A DNA stretch of 20,000 nt from an uncultured virus (IMG/VR IMGVR_UViG_3300010885_058768) (IMGVR_UViG_3300010885_058768:57289-77288), one strand, 5' to 3'. Shown: positions 1 through 8,704, counted from the stretch's first letter. Notes: a model not told the origin generated them from the letters alone. Program-made: numbers and translations.

Positions 1-2
1 AC

Positions 3-2879
3 GGCTACTTCTCAAACGCGGGTGTCTCCTATGTCTCAGCTGAGGACATTAACTTATTAGAAAATCCGACCTTTGAATACAAGGATTCTCTAAACGCGAT
101 AAACTACAGCGCGGCCTCCTGGACCGCTGGAACCGGACTAACTCTTTTGGCAGGTGGAAAGGACTTTACCGCTGGAACTCCGCTGTATGCAGCCTCGCCA
201 AAATACGGAGCACAGGTCACGTGGACGACTGCAGTTTCAACGTACTTTACTGGAAAACTTCACTACACGGCTGGCAAGTCCTATGCCGTGTTTAAGAATA
301 GAAGAAACCTGTACCTCGGACTAAAAGTCTTCCCGCTATACACTCCGGTCGAAAAAACCGTCACCGCGGTTGAAGGAGTACGAGTAAGTGGAACTGTCAC
401 CGGCGCAACTTCAACAGCGACAACGGTGACCTATACTGGAACAAGCCTACAGTTCGAGCTTGGCCAAAGGTTGACCGTCACAGGTTTTGGAAACGCAAGA
501 TGCAACGTCTCTAATGCAATAGTCTCGGCAAAGAGTGGAACTACCTCGGTGACGGTGCTATCAAATGGCGATAGCGGCATTACTTCTACCGCGTCTACCG
601 CGGACAACGCAGTCACTGGACTTCTTAAGATTACCGCTGCCTCGCATGGATTTACTGCGGGGCAGGTAGTGTTCCTTGACTTTGATGCTGGGTACCTTGA
701 GCCAGAGTTCGGTGAAGTAGTCAATATGTATTCCCCGCACACCATAGCCAATGGAACGAGTGGCTACACCTTCGTGGTAAGCACCTTTGGATTAGCCGCT
801 GGGTCTTTCCACGTACCTGCTGATTTTTCTGACATAGAGGTCTCGGCCATGAGCGTAATTCCACATGGCTCTAGAGCGACTAAGGCGTTTAGCGTTTACG
901 AGGCAGCCTTTGACCTATCTAGCATTCGTCTAAGGTACGACAATGGCAGCACTACGAATCTTTCTAGCGTACTTGCAGCCACGACGGCGGCCGAGTGGAG
1001 CGCCGGGACAAACAAGTATCTAATCAGCAACGCCAATTCATACATGCTCGGTAGACTTGACACCGCGGTAAAGATTCCGCCGATGACGCAAGCCAACGAG
1101 ATAGTTATAAGTGGAGAGAAAGTCGAGGCAGCTTACCTGGCTGCCGACCCTACTGCCTATGGCTTAGACAAGGATATATTTATAGACCTTCCTGGCTGGC
1201 TCTATCCGCACGATGGAAACGGCGTTGTGTCGAATACGCCTACTAAGATTGCAAGCATTGGATACATACTTGACGAAGTCTATTTCTCTTCATCTAACTC
1301 GTTCTTCTACGGAAGCGGCGGAGGCTCGTACCGCTGGTACGCGACTACTGACACGACTCCCAGCTACGACCCGGCACAGGCCTCGGTTGAGGGAACGAAG
1401 ACCTGGCTAAACATCGACCTAGGCAACCAGTCAGCGTCGCTCGACTACTTTGACTACATCAAGTTTAAGCCACAGGTGTTCACCAAGGCTCTCAAGGAAA
1501 GACCTTCGATTGGCGTCTTTGACGCAGTCGTTCCATACATTAAAACAAACGACCCGGCTCCAGAGATTACCACTGTTAGCTCTGGACAGTACGAGTACAT
1601 TATTGCAAGTGATTACAGAAACGTAAGCTCTCATCTAAAAACGACTACCGGAGAGCGGTCTTCTGCGTTTGAGATTTCTGCACTGTATCGGGACATCTCG
1701 GCGAGCTCTGGAAGTGAGACTGGTCGCAAGGGAGCGCTTGTCGGCGGAGTCTACGACGGCCTATCTAACTCGACAACCTTGTACCTATCTAGCGACTCTC
1801 TGCAGTGGAGTTCTAACTACATAAGTCCAACTAATCCAAACTACGCGCAAGTGAGATTTGCTGACAAGGCGTACTTTAACATTCCGGTGCGAATAGCAAG
1901 CAACATGTCTCTCAGTGGAACCTTCTATGGTGCTGGAAGCATCGTCACCTCAAGTGGAAACATTAGAACCACCTCTGGCAACGTCTACACTACAAGCGGA
2001 AACATCTACACCACAAGCGGCAACATTTACTCTACGTCTGGAAACATCTACACCACGAGCGGCAGCATCACCGCAAGCACGTCACTGAACGGACAAACTC
2101 TAAGACTTAGCTCGACTGACAACATCTCGCTAGGAAGCAACACTCACGCATTCCAAATCGGCGATAGCACTTCAACTAACCTTCGTTTAGACACCAACGA
2201 GGTGCAGGCGCAGGGATACACGTCTCCTAACCGGACTACAGCTGACCTATACTTAAATAAGCTTGGTGGAGACGTTTTCATTGGAAACACTGGAACAAGC
2301 AACCTAACCGCAAATGGAACTATCACTAGCGGTGGAATAGTCTACAGCGGTTCTAACTTATACACCAACGGCATAACTACAACCACGTCGTGGTTCTCAA
2401 ACGCCACAGACTTTACGGCTTTGGTTAACGGCGTAATTCACTCAAGTAACACTGGTGGAGAAGCTCTGCGTCTGTCTAGAAAGAGCAGCACCGGCGCTGT
2501 AGTTAACTTCTACTACGGTAGCGCGACCGTAGCGGGTCACATCGACGTTACCGGCACGTCGTCGGTTAGCTACATCACTAGCTCTGACTATCGACTAAAA
2601 GAAAATGTAGTCGCAATCAGAGACGCGGCGTCTAGACTTAAGAATCTAAATCCTGTGCGCTTTAACTTCAAGGATGAACCTGGACGAACCGTTGACGGTT
2701 TTCTTGCACATGAAGTTGCTGCGTACGTTCCGGAGGCGATTAGCGGTGAAAAGGACGCTGTAGACGAAGATGGAAACCCTATTTACCAAGGTATCGATCA
2801 ATCTAAGATGGTTCCACTACTAACCGCGGCTTTGCAGGAGGCTATCGCAAGAATCGAAGTTTTGGAAGGAAGAGCATAA
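3..2879 (+). CDS. Phage tail fibre / receptor-binding protein with C-terminal intramolecular chaperone (peptidase S74); 5'-truncated
   Basis: The frame is open from base 3 (GYFSNAGVSYVSAEDINLLENPTF...), so the TTG at 147 is not the real start. The sequence is Ser/Thr/Gly-rich and beta-like, with SGNIYTT repeats. The C-terminus SSDYRLKENV...LNPVRFNFK...GFLAHEV...VPEAISGEKD...YQGIDQSKMVPLLTAALQE is the S74 autocleavage signature. Confidence 0.9.
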   Translation, partial: GYFSNAGVSYVSAEDINLLENPTFEYKDSLNAINYSAASWTAGTGLTLLAGGKDFTAGTPLYAASPKYGAQVTWTTAVSTYFTGKLHYTAGKSYAVFKNRRNLYLGLKVFPLYTPVEKTVTAVEGVRVSGTVTGATSTATTVTYTGTSLQFELGQRLTVTGFGNARCNVSNAIVSAKSGTTSVTVLSNGDSGITSTASTADNAVTGLLKITAASHGFTAGQVVFLDFDAGYLEPEFGEVVNMYSPHTIANGTSGYTFVVSTFGLAAGSFHVPADFSDIEVSAMSVIPHGSRATKAFSVYEAAFDLSSIRLRYDNGSTTNLSSVLAATTAAEWSAGTNKYLISNANSYMLGRLDTAVKIPPMTQANEIVISGEKVEAAYLAADPTAYGLDKDIFIDLPGWLYPHDGNGVVSNTPTKIASIGYILDEVYFSSSNSFFYGSGGGSYRWYATTDTTPSYDPAQASVEGTKTWLNIDLGNQSASLDYFDYIKFKPQVFTKALKERPSIGVFDAVVPYIKTNDPAPEITTVSSGQYEYIIASDYRNVSSHLKTTTGERSSAFEISALYRDISASSGSETGRKGALVGGVYDGLSNSTTLYLSSDSLQWSSNYISPTNPNYAQVRFADKAYFNIPVRIASNMSLSGTFYGAGSIVTSSGNIRTTSGNVYTTSGNIYTTSGNIYSTSGNIYTTSGSITASTSLNGQTLRLSSTDNISLGSNTHAFQIGDSTSTNLRLDTNEVQAQGYTSPNRTTADLYLNKLGGDVFIGNTGTSNLTANGTITSGGIVYSGSNLYTNGITTTTSWFSNATDFTALVNGVIHSSNTGGEALRLSRKSSTGAVVNFYYGSATVAGHIDVTGTSSVSYITSSDYRLKENVVAIRDAASRLKNLNPVRFNFKDEPGRTVDGFLAHEVAAYVPEAISGEKDAVDEDGNPIYQGIDQSKMVPLLTAALQEAIARIEVLEGRA
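1932..2078 (+). repeat. In-frame 21-nt (7-aa) tandem repeat S-G-N-I-Y-T-T; 5 good copies plus 2 degenerate flanking copies
   Basis: AGSIVTS SGNIRTT SGNVYTT SGNIYTT SGNIYST SGNIYTT SGSITAS; synonymous codons differ between copies. Confidence 0.9.
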
Positions 2880-3007
2880 TGTACATGATTCTAAAGGTGT
2901 TGAACGATGAAGTTGAGGAATTTGCGGTGTATGACCGAATCTCAAGAACCGAGGTGGCTAGGTACGCGACTTATGGCGAGGCACTAGAAGACCTCTTATC
3001 AAGATAA
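2879..3007 (+). CDS. Small hypothetical protein (42 aa), below the ORF-track cutoff
   Basis: ATG overlaps the tail fibre stop (TAATG), as many genes here do. Translation: MYMILKVLNDEVEEFAVYDRISRTEVARYATYGEALEDLLSR*. Confidence 0.6.
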   Translation: MYMILKVLNDEVEEFAVYDRISRTEVARYATYGEALEDLLSR

Positions 3008-3072
3008 CTAAGACTAAACCATATAGGATAGATAGGTAATACCCCACAGGACAAGGATAAGGAAAAGACAAG

Positions 3073-3270
3073 ATGGCTCAAGACAACCAAGCCGACCAAG
3101 GCGAATTTTTAGGTAACGTTCTAGTGCTAACTAGAAATCAACTAGCGTCTGCTATGAACGCATGCACTGAACTAGAGGCTGCATTGACTATAGAAAGAAA
3201 GCGCAATGAAGAGCTAGCTGCTCGAGTCGCTGAACTAGAGTCTCAGACTAAGGCAGCTACGGATAAATAA
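3073..3270 (+). CDS. Small coiled-coil hypothetical protein
   Basis: AAGGA-type RBS upstream, a heptad pattern (LEAALTIERKRNEELAARVAELE), and TAATG coupling to the next gene. Confidence 0.75.
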   Translation: MAQDNQADQGEFLGNVLVLTRNQLASAMNACTELEAALTIERKRNEELAARVAELESQTKAATDK

Positions 3271-3740
3271 TGATTAACGTAAAAGATGGCGCCAGAACTC
3301 TTCAATTTGATGGAGAGCTTTTAGGTACGTCTTCTTCATACAGGAGAGGCTCTGTCCGCTGGATTGAGTTTGAGCTGTATAGAACCAAGAGCGGTTCGTA
3401 TGTTTTGTCTCGTGTTGGAGTTTCACTGGTCTTCCATGGAGCGGCGTGTCCTCTAGTAAAGAGATACAGTCTTACTGAGGCGCCGGTTGAAGACCTAACT
3501 GAACGCTCTCTTCCTTGCGAGCAGTGCAACCCTACTGATGACGTAGATTTAGTGTTCCCCGAAAAGAGTAGAAGCTGGGCGCAGGTTAGCGAAGAGCCGC
3601 AGGCTGTTCTAGACGCGCTTTACAAGTACGATGACGGTGGAGCAAGGTACCTAACAAACGTGGCGCAAAGGCTATTAGAAGATTCAGCCGAAAAAGACTC
3701 CAAAATAGATGAAGTCTACAGGATAGAACTTATCCCATAG
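3270..3740 (+). CDS. Hypothetical phage protein with a possible Zn site (H-x3-C ... CxxC)
   Basis: 156-aa ORF coupled to the upstream gene; motifs FHGAACPL and PCEQCNP. Confidence 0.75.
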   Translation: MINVKDGARTLQFDGELLGTSSSYRRGSVRWIEFELYRTKSGSYVLSRVGVSLVFHGAACPLVKRYSLTEAPVEDLTERSLPCEQCNPTDDVDLVFPEKSRSWAQVSEEPQAVLDALYKYDDGGARYLTNVAQRLLEDSAEKDSKIDEVYRIELIP

Positions 3741-3742
3741 CC

Positions 3743-3751
3743 TGTTATAAT
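3743..3751 (+). promoter_or_regulatory. Extended -10 promoter element (TGnTATAAT) for the nucleotide metabolism/replication operon
   Basis: TGTTATAAT lies about 25 nt before the ATG at 3777 and is followed by an AAAGGA RBS. Confidence 0.6.
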
Positions 3752-3776
3752 TGAACAAAGACGCAAAGGACAAAAG

Positions 3777-4787
3777 ATGTTTATAGTAATCGAAGGCACA
3801 GACGCCTCAGGTAAGAGTTCACTTACTCAGGCTGTCGAAGAAGAAATCGCAAGCAGGCTCCAATCAAGGCTGCCTATCAACTCATTCCATAAGGGTAAAC
3901 CTGAGGAAGAGACTCGTCGTTGGGTTTTGCGTGATTACGTTCTGTCAATAGAAGATAAGTCATTCGTAGACAAGGCGACACTCGCTGACCGCTGGCACTG
4001 GGGAGAAATAACCTACGCTCCGCTAAAACGTCCACACACTAACAAGGACGGATACGGCCTTCTTGGAGAGGCTGGGTGGCGCTGGGTGGAACTTTTTATG
4101 GCTTCCCGTGGTATCCAACAGTTCTGGCTTTACCAGCCTCTAAGTGTCATAGAGGGCCGTCTAAAGGCGCGTGGTGATGACTATGTCTTGCCTGATGAGC
4201 TACCTTTTATTCTAGAACAATACGGCAAGGCAGCCGAGCAAATCATTGGCCTAAAGAAACTTCAACCTGCTCCAGACAGCCTAGATGAGATTCCAAATCT
4301 CGCTAAGGAAATTGTTGACCTAGCGCTTGTCAAGGCTGAGTCCGTTAGAGCTCTAAGAGACTTTGGTCCGTACATCGGAGTTCCTAAGCCTAAGGTTCTG
4401 CTAGTCGGCGATAGGCACAATGCCACTAAGCGCTATGGGCACGAGACTAACCTTCCATTTATGCCTGTTGATGGGAACTCAGGCGAGTATCTTCTCACTG
4501 CTCTTCCGGCAGATGAGTGGAAGAACATCGGACTTATAAACATAAACGACCATCCGGAGATGTTCCGTTCTCTTTGGGAAGCGCTAGGCTGTCCGCCGAT
4601 AGTAGCGCTTGGTCGCCTGGCCGAGCGAGGCCTAGTTAAACAAGGATTCATAGATTCTCAATACAACGTTGCTCCGCATCCGCAGCGGGTGCGCAGATTT
4701 GCAAACTCTAGAAAACAAGAATACGGCGAGGCGATACTTAGATTAGCCGACACTACAGATAAGGAAGACAAATGGATACTGCGATAA
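3777..4787 (+). CDS. Thymidylate-kinase-like (dNMP) kinase fused to a C-terminal uracil-DNA glycosylase-superfamily-like domain
   Basis: N-terminal: IVIEGTDASGKSS P-loop, DR motif (LADRWHWGEITY), RLKARGDD lid. C-terminal: KVLLVGD...PF...GNSGEYLL...IVALGRLA...PHP, which follows the UDG family-4-like motif order. Confidence 0.8.
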   Translation: MFIVIEGTDASGKSSLTQAVEEEIASRLQSRLPINSFHKGKPEEETRRWVLRDYVLSIEDKSFVDKATLADRWHWGEITYAPLKRPHTNKDGYGLLGEAGWRWVELFMASRGIQQFWLYQPLSVIEGRLKARGDDYVLPDELPFILEQYGKAAEQIIGLKKLQPAPDSLDEIPNLAKEIVDLALVKAESVRALRDFGPYIGVPKPKVLLVGDRHNATKRYGHETNLPFMPVDGNSGEYLLTALPADEWKNIGLININDHPEMFRSLWEALGCPPIVALGRLAERGLVKQGFIDSQYNVAPHPQRVRRFANSRKQEYGEAILRLADTTDKEDKWILR

Positions 4788-5626
4788 TCAACATCAAAGA
4801 CGGAGTCAATGGCTACGTTGACCTAGTGCAACATGTTTTAAAACACGGTAAGGAAGTGGCTCCACGTGGGCAGAAGACCAGAGAAATTGAAGACGCCATC
4901 ATTAGAATCGATGATGTCTACAACACTTTGCCTTTAGGAATCAACCGTGGAACCGTTCCTGGAATCGGTGCTGTAGAGGCTTGTCAGCTACTTGGAGGAA
5001 GCAGCATCCCGGAGCTAGTGATAGCCGTTGGTCCACAGTTCAAAAACTTTGCCGAGGATAACGGAATCTTTCACGGTGCGTATGGACTTAGAACCAATGG
5101 GCAATACGACGTTATTATCGAAAGACTCAAGGCAGACCCTGATACTCGCCAGGCCGTAGTCACAATCTGGAATCCAGAGTACGACCTGCAGCCAAGCAAG
5201 AGAGACTATCCTTGCACGGTTTTACATCAATTTAGAATTCGTGACAATAAACTAAACATGAGCGTCTACATGCGTTCCAATGACGTTTGGCTTGGTGCCG
5301 CCTACGACTTCTTCCAGTTTACCCGTGTTCAGTTGGCTATTGCTTCAGTGCTAGGAATCGAACCTGGAACTTATAACCACCACGTCGGCTCGCTTCACAT
5401 CTATGAGCAGCACTACGAGGCTGCAGACAGTCTCAAGTATAGTGATAAGATTATTGATGTGCCGTTTATAACTGGAGCAACATGGGCAGAGGTTAGCGAC
5501 TCAGCAAATGACGCTTTGTTTGCCGCCATGGATGTTAAGCCACTAGATAGCATAAGCCAAGACGCACGCTGGTACGCCGAGGCAATGAAAAACGCAATCA
5601 AGCGCAACGCTGAGAAGAGTGAGTAA
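4772..5626 (+). CDS. Thymidylate synthase-family enzyme, dCMP hydroxymethylase type
   Basis: Motifs YGLR, DTRQAV, catalytic PC (Cys148), MRSNDVWLGAAYD and SLHIYE. It has Asp179 where dUMP-specific ThyA has Asn (E. coli RSCDVFLGLPFN). Confidence 0.85.
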   Translation: MDTAIINIKDGVNGYVDLVQHVLKHGKEVAPRGQKTREIEDAIIRIDDVYNTLPLGINRGTVPGIGAVEACQLLGGSSIPELVIAVGPQFKNFAEDNGIFHGAYGLRTNGQYDVIIERLKADPDTRQAVVTIWNPEYDLQPSKRDYPCTVLHQFRIRDNKLNMSVYMRSNDVWLGAAYDFFQFTRVQLAIASVLGIEPGTYNHHVGSLHIYEQHYEAADSLKYSDKIIDVPFITGATWAEVSDSANDALFAAMDVKPLDSISQDARWYAEAMKNAIKRNAEKSE

Positions 5627-5866
5627 ATGCCAGAAGACGGCGAGCAGTACATAGACCTAGGCATTAGCCACCTACGTATTGTCGCCGTTCAACTTCACGT
5701 GGTCTACAAAGAACTACGCGAGGCCGGATTCGATAAAAGTGAAAGCTTATATCTAATCTCGCAGCTGCTTGTTGTGTCTACTCCTGAAGTAGACAGTGGA
5801 CCTTATAGATACGACAACTACAACGACAATGAGAGAGACGATGACGATGATGGTGCAGGAGCCTAG
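5627..5866 (+). CDS. Small hypothetical protein with acidic tail
   Basis: Starts immediately after the upstream stop; helical core (QLHVVYKELREAGFDKSESLYLI) plus an Asp-rich tail. Confidence 0.7.
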   Translation: MPEDGEQYIDLGISHLRIVAVQLHVVYKELREAGFDKSESLYLISQLLVVSTPEVDSGPYRYDNYNDNERDDDDDGAGA

Positions 5867-6323
5867 GCCGTCCTGGGACGAAGTTTGGATGGACGTTGCT
5901 AGAACTATTAGCAAACGTTCAAGATGCTCTAGAGCGCACGTAGGCGCAGTAGTAGTTTCGGCTGAACAGCGAATAAGCGCGACTGGCTACAACGGCCCGG
6001 CTGCGAATCTAAAAGTACAAGGCGACTGCATAAATTGGTGCGACAGAGCTAAGGGTCTTACTCCACTTGACAATACCTATGATTCTTGTCCGTCTATTCA
6101 TGCTGAGGCCAACGCTCTTTTATACGTAGACCGCTCGAGAATTGAAGGCGGAACTATCTACGTTACTGGTGCTCCGTGTATGCAGTGCGCCAAACTTATC
6201 AGCAACTCTGGACTGCGTAGAGTCGTCTCCATTGTTAGGCAGATAGATGTGCACAGAAAGCCAGAACGCGTGATAGACTATTTACGTAGCTGCGGAATAG
6301 AAGTATCTACCATTGAGGAGTGA
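5847..6323 (+). CDS. dCMP deaminase
   Basis: RPSWDE N-terminus, RSRC...VGAVVV, ATGYNG, HAE and PCMQC zinc motifs. The start is probably one of the ATGs at 5841/5847/5850 rather than the GTG at 5796. Confidence 0.9.
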   Translation: MMVQEPRPSWDEVWMDVARTISKRSRCSRAHVGAVVVSAEQRISATGYNGPAANLKVQGDCINWCDRAKGLTPLDNTYDSCPSIHAEANALLYVDRSRIEGGTIYVTGAPCMQCAKLISNSGLRRVVSIVRQIDVHRKPERVIDYLRSCGIEVSTIEE

Positions 6324-6326
6324 CAA

Positions 6327-8147
6327 ATGACACGTGGATTAGAAGAAGTAAAGTTAGACCTAGTTGATAGCGTTGAAAAGGCAGGACAGTTTCTAACCTG
6401 GCTTGGAGAACGCAGGCCACACAACGCTATAGCCATTGACACTGAAACAGGAGAGCTTCCTGGTCGCCCGCGCTCAGATGCGCTTTCTCCTTGGCACGGC
6501 AGACTTCGTTTAGTGCAGGTTGGGGATGCGATGCACGGCTGGGCGATTCCTTGGGACGAATGGGCTGGAGTCTTCTACCAAGCAATGAACAAATACGATG
6601 GTCAAATCGTGTGTCACAACATCGCCTTTGAAGCTAAGTTCTTTGAGATTCAGTCTAAGTGGAGTATGCCTTGGCAAAAGGCGCACGACACTATGATTAT
6701 GGCTCAAATTATCGACCCGCTTGGCTCTGGCGCTTTGAAGAGGCTGACATCACAATACGTTGACAGCAGGGCGGCTGCTTTGCAGTCTAACTTAGATAAC
6801 GCTTTGATAGACAACGGTTGGACCTGGGGAACTGTACCTACAAACTTTGAACCGTATTGGGCCTATGGCGCACTGGACACTGTGCTCACGATGAGACTGT
6901 GGGAAAAGTTCTGGGAGAAATGCGGACCTGATGGACCTTATAGCAGATCGTACGAGCTTGAGATGGCTGCAAGAAAAATAGTCACTCGCATGGAACTCAA
7001 CGGAGCGCGCATCGATTTAGATTATTCGCGTAAGAAATACGAAGAACTTAACAGCTATACTGAGCAAGTGAAGGCTTGGGCAAGAGACACGTACAATGGA
7101 GTTTCTATTACCAGCAACATTCAACTAGTTAGGTTGTTTGAAAGCATGGGAGCTGAGTTCACTGAGTTTACTGCGACTGGCCAGAAATCTGCTACTAAGG
7201 ACCAACTAAGACTTCTAGTGCGAGACGGCTCCCCAGAAGTACAGAATTTAGCTCAAACAGTTTTGGCTCAACGTAAGGCAGATAAACTAGCCAACACCTA
7301 CTTCCTAAACTTTATAAATGACAACATTAACGGATTCGTTCACCCGTCTGTAAAGACTCTTGGTGCGCGTACTGGTCGCATGTCTATCACTAATCCTGCA
7401 CTGCAGACTCTACCTAAGGGCGATGACACTGTTCGCCGTGCATTTATTCCTAAGGACGAAGACCACGTAATCGTGACCTCTGACCTTGACCAAGTCGAGT
7501 TTCGTATGTTTGCGTCGATGTCCAAGGACCCTAACCTAATCAGCCTGTTCAACCTTGCTGACGCAACTGGTTCGGACCCGTTTACTGAGATTGGCCGTGA
7601 GATTTATGCTGACCCGTCTATGCAACGTTCAGATAAGAGACGTAATCTAATCAAAGGCGTAATCTACGGTCGTCTTTATGGAGCCGGAGTTGAGAAGCAG
7701 GCAATCACTGCTGGTGTTGCAAAAACACAGATGCAGGCTGTGTCAGACGCCTTTGACACTAGGTTCCCAGGCATGTCCGTCTTTCAAAAGCAAATCGATG
7801 ACCTTGGCATGCGCAGACTGCGAGCTGAAGGTCAAGGATACGTTCACACTTGGACTGGAAAACGTCTTCCTTGTGATGACGACCGCACCTATACCTTAGT
7901 GAACTATCTGATTCAAGGTGGAGCTGCTGAGGTATTTAAGAACAACTTAGTAAAGTTAGACCAAGCAGATTTGACAGATTTGCTTATCGTGCCGGTGCAC
8001 GATGAAATCGTACTAAACGCACCAAGAAAAGATGTCAAAGAGATTATGCAGACTGTAAAGGAGTGTATGACTACGACAGAGGGATGGGCAGTTCCGCTCA
8101 CCTCGGGAATCGATGGACCACTTGAAACGTGGGGAGATAAATACTAA
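6327..8147 (+). CDS. polA: DNA polymerase family A (3'-5' exonuclease plus polymerase, no 5' nuclease)
   Basis: ExoI DTET, ExoII HNIAFE, ExoIII YGALD, TGRMS...PALQ, motif A DLDQVEFR, motif B KGVIYGRLYG, motif C VHDEIV. Confidence 0.95.
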   Translation: MTRGLEEVKLDLVDSVEKAGQFLTWLGERRPHNAIAIDTETGELPGRPRSDALSPWHGRLRLVQVGDAMHGWAIPWDEWAGVFYQAMNKYDGQIVCHNIAFEAKFFEIQSKWSMPWQKAHDTMIMAQIIDPLGSGALKRLTSQYVDSRAAALQSNLDNALIDNGWTWGTVPTNFEPYWAYGALDTVLTMRLWEKFWEKCGPDGPYSRSYELEMAARKIVTRMELNGARIDLDYSRKKYEELNSYTEQVKAWARDTYNGVSITSNIQLVRLFESMGAEFTEFTATGQKSATKDQLRLLVRDGSPEVQNLAQTVLAQRKADKLANTYFLNFINDNINGFVHPSVKTLGARTGRMSITNPALQTLPKGDDTVRRAFIPKDEDHVIVTSDLDQVEFRMFASMSKDPNLISLFNLADATGSDPFTEIGREIYADPSMQRSDKRRNLIKGVIYGRLYGAGVEKQAITAGVAKTQMQAVSDAFDTRFPGMSVFQKQIDDLGMRRLRAEGQGYVHTWTGKRLPCDDDRTYTLVNYLIQGGAAEVFKNNLVKLDQADLTDLLIVPVHDEIVLNAPRKDVKEIMQTVKECMTTTEGWAVPLTSGIDGPLETWGDKY

Positions 8148-8614
8148 TGACAAAAATGATTTTAGCAGTAGACCCTGGCAAGGCGACAGGAATGGCGCTA
8201 TTTACCTTTGAGGTTGGCAGTGAGCCAGAACTAGTCTGGTCTATAGAGGTTCAACAGCACGAGTACGCTGAGCCTATTCGAAACACGCTGCTTCTTGCAG
8301 ACTACTCGGGTGTCTCTCTTGAGATAGTCTGCGAAAGATTTACGATAAACGCGCAGACAGTAAAGAACACTCAGGCGCCATACTCACTTGAGCAGATTGG
8401 AATTCTAAAGCAATGCATGATGGACAAGTTGATTGACCCGGACTCAATTGTGTTCCAGTCTCCAGCTGACGCTAAGAGAATGTTTACCAACGAGGCACTC
8501 AAGAAACTTGAGTATTGGCACAAGGGTGGAGAGGGTCACGCTCTAGATGCGATTAGACACGGGCTTCTTCGGCTAGTAAAAACTGGTTGGAAGCCTCTTA
8601 GACTGCTCCAATAA
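8147..8614 (+). CDS. RuvC-like (RNase H fold) Holliday junction resolvase
   Basis: ILAVDPGKATG, central VCERF, C-terminal HALDAIRH; position directly after polA. Confidence 0.75.
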   Translation: MTKMILAVDPGKATGMALFTFEVGSEPELVWSIEVQQHEYAEPIRNTLLLADYSGVSLEIVCERFTINAQTVKNTQAPYSLEQIGILKQCMMDKLIDPDSIVFQSPADAKRMFTNEALKKLEYWHKGGEGHALDAIRHGLLRLVKTGWKPLRLLQ

Positions 8615-8649
8615 AAACAAGAAATAATACCACATACTAATAGAAAACA

Positions 8650-8678
8650 CAGACAAACTGTAAAAATCGTGTTAGTAT
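8650..8678 (+). promoter_or_regulatory. Putative sigma70-type promoter upstream of the helicase
   Basis: CAGACA (8650-8655), 17-nt spacer, TAGTAT (8673-8678) with an upstream TG, then a GAAAGGA RBS before the GTG at 8705. Confidence 0.45.
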
Positions 8679-8704
8679 GTTTTTAGTGACGAAAGGAATA
8701 CACA

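Noticed and set aside
147..149. TTG start of the 910-aa ORF
   Set aside because: The frame is open back to the window edge and there is no RBS; the gene begins upstream.
1932..2078. 21-nt repeats as a CRISPR array or diversity-generating retroelement repeat
   Set aside because: In-frame, spacerless, synonymous variation only, and no reverse transcriptase in the window.
4772..5626. Annotation as canonical thyA
   Set aside because: Asp rather than Asn at the specificity position, plus the glycosyltransferase/dCTPase context.
5796..5846. Thr/Met-rich N-terminal extension of the dCMP deaminase
   Set aside because: It is the alternate-frame reading of the upstream gene's Asp/Asn-rich tail; family similarity begins at RPSW.
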